Shown: in pieces, positions 58,642 through 64,000 of the stretch
Layout: each line of letters begins with the position of its first letter
Position numbering within the stretch: the stretch's first letter is position 1
Notes under the pieces: generated by a model
The model's input: the letters and a program-made list of their open reading frames with translations, nothing else
What the model was told of the DNA's origin: nothing
The model's database searches: none
Position numbers and translations under genes: made by a program
Origin: Myxococcota bacterium
Lineage (GTDB): Bacteria; Myxococcota_A; UBA796; CAJQPC01
Direction of reading: 5' to 3'
DNA length: 64,000 bases
Assembly (NCBI GenBank): GCA_036012755.1
Contig: DASCPX010000059.1
Coordinates: 96,001 to 160,000 of the forward strand

Positions 58642-60426
58642 ATGGCCTCCTACGCGCTGCCGATGACGCTCCGAGAGGCCGGCGGGCCCCTCGACGTCGT
58701 GCTCGTCACCGGTGACGCCTACGTCGACCACCCCTCTTGGGGTGTCGGAGCGGTCGGTCGGTGGCTGCAGGCCCACGGCTTCTCCGTCGGAGTCATCGCC
58801 CAGCCGGACTGGAGCAGCCCGGAGGCCTTTCGCGTCCTGGGCCGACCGCGCCTCTTCTTCGGCGTGACCGCCGGGAACATGGACTCGATGGTCAACCGCT
58901 ACACGGCCTCGCGGAGGCTGCGCAGCTCGGACGCCTACGCTCCTGGTGGAGCTGTCGACGGCCGCCCGGACCGGGCGACCATCGCCTTCACCGGTCGCTG
59001 CCGTCAGGCCTTCCCTGGAGTGCCGGTCGTCGTCGGCGGTGTCGAGGCCTCGCTGCGACGGCTGGTCCACTACGACTTCTGGCAGGACAAGATCCGGGGG
59101 TCCATCCTCCTGGATGCCAAGGCCGACCTCCTCGTCTATGGCATGGGCGAGCGTCAAGTCATCGAGATCGCACGACGTTTGAGAGACGGCAGGGAGATTC
59201 GCGACTGCAGGGACATTCCGGGAACTGCCTACGCTCTGGGTGCGAAGGAGCCCCCGCCCGACGGCGGTATCGAGCTGCCTTCGCTCTCGGACTGTCGAAA
59301 GAACATGAGCGATTTCAATAGGGTGACGCTCTTGATGCATCGAGAGAGCAACCCGCACTGCGGCAAGGTGCTGCTCCAGCGCCACGGCTCGCGGGTGGTC
59401 GTCCAGAACCCAGCGGCGGAGCCCATCACCACCGAGATGATGGACCGTCTCCACGAGCTGCCCTACACCTACCGGGCGCACCCCTCCTACCGGGAGCCCA
59501 TCCCGGCGTTGGCGAGCATCTGCGGCAGCGTCACCGTGAACCGGGGCTGCTCGGGAGGCTGCAGCTTCTGCGCCCTGACCATCCACCAGGGCAAGGACGT
59601 CACCTCCCGCAGCTCCGAGTCCGTGCTGCGTGAGCTCCGGAGCAGGGCCAGGGGCTTCAAGGGGATCGTGTCGGATCTCGGTGGGCCGACCGCGAACATG
59701 TTCCACATGAGGTGCACCAGCGAGGCAGCCAACGCCCTCTGTCGCCGTGTCAGTTGCCTCCACCCGGTGCGCTGCAAGCACTACGGCACCGACCACGGCC
59801 CCTACCTGGATCTGCTGCGTCGCGCTCGAGCCTTGCCCGGTGTGCGCCGGGTCTTCATCAACTCTGGAATACGCTACGATCTGGCGGACTTGGATGGTGA
59901 TTTCGTCGAAGAGCTCGCCGAGCATCACGTCCAGGGGCAGCTCAGCGTGGCGCCAGAGCACGCGGCCGCTGCGGCTCTGGGCTACATGAAGAAGCCAGAG
60001 ATCCGGTACTTCACGAAGTTCATGGAGCGCTTCCGGGCTGCCAACGAGCGCCTCGGCATCAAGCAGTACCTCGTGCCCTACTTCCAGTGTGCCCATCCTG
60101 GTGTCGGCCCGGAGGAGACCATCGAACTCGCGCTGTACATGAAGAAGCACGGACTGCGCCCCAGGCAGGTCCAGATGTTCATGCCGACCCCGGCGACGCT
60201 GGCCACGGCGATGTACGTGACGGGGGTCGACCCTTTCACGAAGAAGCCCGTCGTCGTGGCCAGGGGCGGCAAGGAGCGCAGCCGGCAGCGGGCGCTGTTG
60301 CTCTATTGGAAGAAGGAGGAGTGGCCGCACGTGCGCGAGGCGCTGATCGCCTGGGGTCGCCGGGACCTGATCTCACGGGGGCCCAGCGGTCTCGTGCCTC
60401 CGGGGCCAGCCTCTTGCGACGACTGA
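58642..60426 (+). CDS. ygiQ: YgiQ/UPF0313 family radical SAM protein
   Basis: Motifs [46 protein letters not shown] and VAPEH. Confidence 0.95.
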   Translation: MASYALPMTLREAGGPLDVVLVTGDAYVDHPSWGVGAVGRWLQAHGFSVGVIAQPDWSSPEAFRVLGRPRLFFGVTAGNMDSMVNRYTASRRLRSSDAYAPGGAVDGRPDRATIAFTGRCRQAFPGVPVVVGGVEASLRRLVHYDFWQDKIRGSILLDAKADLLVYGMGERQVIEIARRLRDGREIRDCRDIPGTAYALGAKEPPPDGGIELPSLSDCRKNMSDFNRVTLLMHRESNPHCGKVLLQRHGSRVVVQNPAAEPITTEMMDRLHELPYTYRAHPSYREPIPALASICGSVTVNRGCSGGCSFCALTIHQGKDVTSRSSESVLRELRSRARGFKGIVSDLGGPTANMFHMRCTSEAANALCRRVSCLHPVRCKHYGTDHGPYLDLLRRARALPGVRRVFINSGIRYDLADLDGDFVEELAEHHVQGQLSVAPEHAAAAALGYMKKPEIRYFTKFMERFRAANERLGIKQYLVPYFQCAHPGVGPEETIELALYMKKHGLRPRQVQMFMPTPATLATAMYVTGVDPFTKKPVVVARGGKERSRQRALLLYWKKEEWPHVREALIAWGRRDLISRGPSGLVPPGPASCDD

Positions 60427-60472
60427 CACCCAGCCGACTGCTGGTGTCCTCGGATCATGAGACCATCCCGCC

Positions 60473-61021
<549 letters not shown>

Positions 61022-61022
61022 G

Positions 61023-61514
61023 CTACCCGGTGATCTTCGAATAGGGCCGGTGCGTGTAGTACTTGGGGCGGTCGTCCAGGCGCACGTGCAGCCAGCTCAC
61101 ACCGAGGCCAGAGGTGCTCACCCAGGTCCTGCGCCCCATCCGGGCCGAGGCCTCGACCCCGACGCGCTGCCAGAAGGCGTCGATGTCCGGGTCCGACCCC
61201 TCCCGGAGGAAGGCGGCGAGGTGGGCGTGGGGAGCGGTCGGCGCCACCAGGCGCGCGTCGCCGCCCAGGTTGTCGAAGGCCGCGACCGGTCCGACCGCTC
61301 CCCGCAGCTCCGCGGCGAATGGTCGCGGATCCACCCGGAGTCGCGCCACCGCCCGGCTCTCGAGCACGACGTACTCGAAGGGCTCCTCCCCGGTCGTGAA
61401 GGGGCGGCACTCCCAGAACAAGCCCGCGTACCCGAAGCCGCGAATCGCCTCGCTGAGCTCGCCGCGAAAGGCCGCCTCGCCCGCCAGCCGGGTTGCTGCA
61501 GTCCGCCAGTCCAC
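61023..61514 (-). CDS. Conserved hypothetical protein (DUF6940-like)
   Basis: Motifs FWECRP, F.NLGGDA.LVAP and WVSTSGLGVSWLHVRLD.RPKYY. Confidence 0.75.
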   Translation of the reverse strand: MDWRTAATRLAGEAAFRGELSEAIRGFGYAGLFWECRPFTTGEEPFEYVVLESRAVARLRVDPRPFAAELRGAVGPVAAFDNLGGDARLVAPTAPHAHLAAFLREGSDPDIDAFWQRVGVEASARMGRRTWVSTSGLGVSWLHVRLDDRPKYYTHRPYSKITG

Positions 61515-61517
61515 GGC

Positions 61518-61892
61518 TCAGGCGACGCCGAGCAGGGTTCCGAAGCGTCTCGAGTGGATGCCGCGCTCCGGGGCTGGCTCGACCATTCGCCGGAGCTTGC
61601 GCTGCGAGGCCTCACGGACGGAGAGCACCTCCCAGCCGTGAGCCATGCCGGAGGGGGTCTCACGGGCCCAGCGCCGCTGGACCTGGGCGATGAAGGCCGT
61701 GCGGCCGACCTGGACGCGGACCTCGACAGCCGTTGCAGTGTCGAGGTTCTTCAGGGACCCCCTGGCACACAGGCCGCGCTCCGAGAGGTCTACGACCGTC
61801 CACGAGCCGGACGTCTCGCCCTGGCGGAACACGGCCTTTCCCTCAACGCGAACGCGGTCCGCATTCCTTGCGATCCAGCTGGCGACGTCCAT
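61518..61892 (-). CDS. PilZ-like domain protein
   Basis: RNADR (RxxxR) and DLSERG (DxSxxG). Confidence 0.75.
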   Translation of the reverse strand: MDVASWIARNADRVRVEGKAVFRQGETSGSWTVVDLSERGLCARGSLKNLDTATAVEVRVQVGRTAFIAQVQRRWARETPSGMAHGWEVLSVREASQRKLRRMVEPAPERGIHSRRFGTLLGVA

Positions 61893-61955
61893 TCGGTGCT
61901 CTTCCTTCCCACGACGGTACCGGGCGCGGGCCCGCCGGCGCATCACAAGATTCTC

Positions 61956-62813
61956 TCAGTCCAGGGTCGCCACGACCGGGAGGTGGTCCGAGACCCACAG
62001 GACCCCTTCCGAGGTCTCCATCGGGGAGGTGAAGAGGACCTCTGCCTCGACGACCTCCAGCCCGCGCACCCAGAGGTAGTCGATGCGCTGGTCCGAGCGG
62101 TTGCCCTCTTCGCCGAGGGGGATCGTGCTGTTGGTGCAGGTAGGACCGCCCTCGACGAGGCATGGTTCGCCGATGACGTCGGTGAAACCTGCGTCCTCGA
62201 GCACCTCCATGCCCTCTTCGTCGTCCGCGATGTTGAAGTCGCCGCCGAGCACGATGCGATCCCCGCCGAGCTCCTCCACGAAGCCGAGCACGTCCTCGAC
62301 CTCTATGGCTCCGTTCCCCGAGGTGTGAGCGTCGAAGAGGTCCACCTCGTCCCCCTCCACCGAGACCCGGGTGTGGAGCACGCTGCGTGGGGTGCCAGAG
62401 GTCGTCGTCAGCACGTGGTTGTTGGCCTCGAGCACCTCGTAGCAGGTGAGGATTGCTTGCCCCCAGCCGTTGCCGGAGGAGGCTGGCTCGGTGCCGAAGA
62501 GGTCGCCGAAGGTGAGCGACCAGGCTTCGCCCTGCGCCACGCGGAGGATCTCCGCCGTGTCGGGGTAGCCGTCCGTCGCCCCCATCACGACCTCCTGCAG
62601 CATGAGCGCCGCGAGCCCATCCTCGGCCAGGGCCGGGCCGGCGAGGGCGAGGCGCTCCTCGACCCGGTCGAAGGGCTGGGCGTCGGGATCCTCGTCGAGG
62701 TAGCCGTGCAGCAGGTTCCACGAGGCCACCCGCAGGGGGCCGCAGGCTGGAGTGGAGTCGGCGGTCCCGCCAGGGGTGCAGCCCGAGAGCGACAGCAACA
62801 AGAGCGCTTTCAC
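61956..62813 (-). CDS. Endonuclease/exonuclease/phosphatase family lipoprotein
   Basis: Starts MKALLLLSLSGC. Motifs SWNL, LQE, GDFN, RIDY and SDH. Confidence 0.9.
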   Translation of the reverse strand: MKALLLLSLSGCTPGGTADSTPACGPLRVASWNLLHGYLDEDPDAQPFDRVEERLALAGPALAEDGLAALMLQEVVMGATDGYPDTAEILRVAQGEAWSLTFGDLFGTEPASSGNGWGQAILTCYEVLEANNHVLTTTSGTPRSVLHTRVSVEGDEVDLFDAHTSGNGAIEVEDVLGFVEELGGDRIVLGGDFNIADDEEGMEVLEDAGFTDVIGEPCLVEGGPTCTNSTIPLGEEGNRSDQRIDYLWVRGLEVVEAEVLFTSPMETSEGVLWVSDHLPVVATLD

Positions 62814-62850
62814 CACTGCGAGGTAGCACGCGATACCCTCCGTGGCGGCA

Positions 62851-64000
62851 ATGAACCAGTCCCAACCCAAGGGCCTCCGCCTCGGGACATTCCTCGGCGT
62901 CTACACGCCGACCGTCCTCACGATCCTCGGCGTCATCCTGTATCTGCGGATGGGCTGGGTCGTGGGCAACGCCGGCATCTGGGGTGCCGTCGCGATCGTG
63001 CTCATCGCCAACGGCATCACGGCCATCACCGCCCTGTCGATGTCGGCCCTGTCCACGAACATGCGGGTCGGGGTAGGCGGCGCCTACTACATCATCAGCC
63101 GCTCGATGGGCCTGGAGCTCGGTGGCGCCCTGGGCATCCCGCTCTACCTCTCGCAGGTCCTGTCGGTGACGCTGTATGCCTTCGGACTGGCGGAGAGCAC
63201 CGTCTTCGTCGCCTCGGAGCTGGGTGGGATCGAGAACACCGAGGGCTTCGTCCAGCCCCTGGCCGCGCTCATCGTGATCGCCGTCACGGCGCTGGCTGCC
63301 CGCAGCACCGAGCTCGCCCTCAAGGCCCAGCTGCCGATCCTGGGCTTCATCGTGATCTCGCTGGTGGCCCTCTGGGTCGGCGTCGACTTCGACGTCCAGC
63401 ACGCCCGGAGCACCGGGCCCTTCGAGGAGGTGGGCTTCTGGGGCGTCTTCGCCGTCTTCTTCCCTGCGGTGACCGGCGTGCTCGCTGGCGTCGGGCTCTC
63501 CGGCGACCTCCGCGATCCCGGGAAGTCCATCCCCCGCGGGGTCGGCCTGGCTGTCGTGACCGGCTTCGTCGTCTACATCTCCGCACCCTTCGTGCTGGGC
63601 TACGCCGCCCCCATCGACGAGCTGCTCACGAACAAGCTCATCTGGACGGAGGTCGCGGTCTTCGGCGCCTTCGCGGTCCTCCCCGGGCTCTTCGGCGCCG
63701 TGCTGTCCTCGGCCATCGGCAGCATCCTCGGAGCCCCCCGGACGATGCAGGCCCTGGCTCAGGATGGGCTCGTCGATCGTCGCCTCGGGCGGGTCGACGA
63801 AAAGACGGGCGAGCCGATGGTCGCCCTTTACATCAGCGGTGCCGTCGCGTTGGCCGCCGTCGCCCTCGGTGACCTCAACGCAGTCGCCGCGGTCGTCTCG
63901 ATGTTCTTCCTGACGACCTACGGGATGCTGAACCTGGCATCAGCGCTAGAGGCCTGGATTCGCGATCCCAGCTACCGCCCGCGCATCCGCGTGCCCTTCT
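62851..64000 (+). CDS. Amino-acid permease / SLC12-like cation-chloride cotransporter, 3' partial
   Basis: Contains LGTFLGVYTPTVLTILGVILYLR.GW.VG, GGAYYIISRS.G.E.GG and FAVFFPAVTG..AG...SGDL.DP.KSIP.G. It runs off the window. Confidence 0.9.
   Translation, partial: MNQSQPKGLRLGTFLGVYTPTVLTILGVILYLRMGWVVGNAGIWGAVAIVLIANGITAITALSMSALSTNMRVGVGGAYYIISRSMGLELGGALGIPLYLSQVLSVTLYAFGLAESTVFVASELGGIENTEGFVQPLAALIVIAVTALAARSTELALKAQLPILGFIVISLVALWVGVDFDVQHARSTGPFEEVGFWGVFAVFFPAVTGVLAGVGLSGDLRDPGKSIPRGVGLAVVTGFVVYISAPFVLGYAAPIDELLTNKLIWTEVAVFGAFAVLPGLFGAVLSSAIGSILGAPRTMQALAQDGLVDRRLGRVDEKTGEPMVALYISGAVALAAVALGDLNAVAAVVSMFFLTTYGMLNLASALEAWIRDPSYRPRIRVPF

Overview
This high-GC window is probably from a Myxococcota/deltaproteobacterial genome. 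That is inferred from the abundant lipoproteins with Asp/Thr/Gly tethers, the sigma54-type promoters and the gene content; it was not confirmed by a search. Housekeeping genes include cobB, ETF-QO, tandem lspA-lspA-lgt-lgt, comEC, dapC-dapD, moaC, fhs, sdhCAB, mltG, a MATE transporter, ygiQ and a partial SLC12-like transporter. Six signals stand out. (1) An operon at 46958-53362 holds five paralogues, each fusing a degenerate cNMP-binding-like domain to an acetoacetate-decarboxylase-like domain, with a mix of intact and degenerate catalytic motifs. It is divergent from a MATE exporter. (2) At least 12 predicted lipoproteins have ultra-short (6-8 aa) signal peptides with no basic n-region, in the same window as duplicated Lgt and LspA. 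(3) Two selenoprotein genes are split by the ORF caller, a formate dehydrogenase and a lipoprotein peroxiredoxin-like protein, each with an in-frame UGA and a SECIS-like hairpin. (4) A ~1.5 kb low-GC island remnant carries an hsdS fragment, duplicated end sequences and a tmRNA/tRNA-like 3'-end att core. (5) An ADCY10-like cyclase-STAND protein is divergent from a tandem cNMP-binding protein. (6) A -10-like hexamer recurs 6-7 nt before start codons, suggesting leaderless mRNAs. No complete rRNA, tRNA or CRISPR array was seen. All product calls come from motif recognition by eye.
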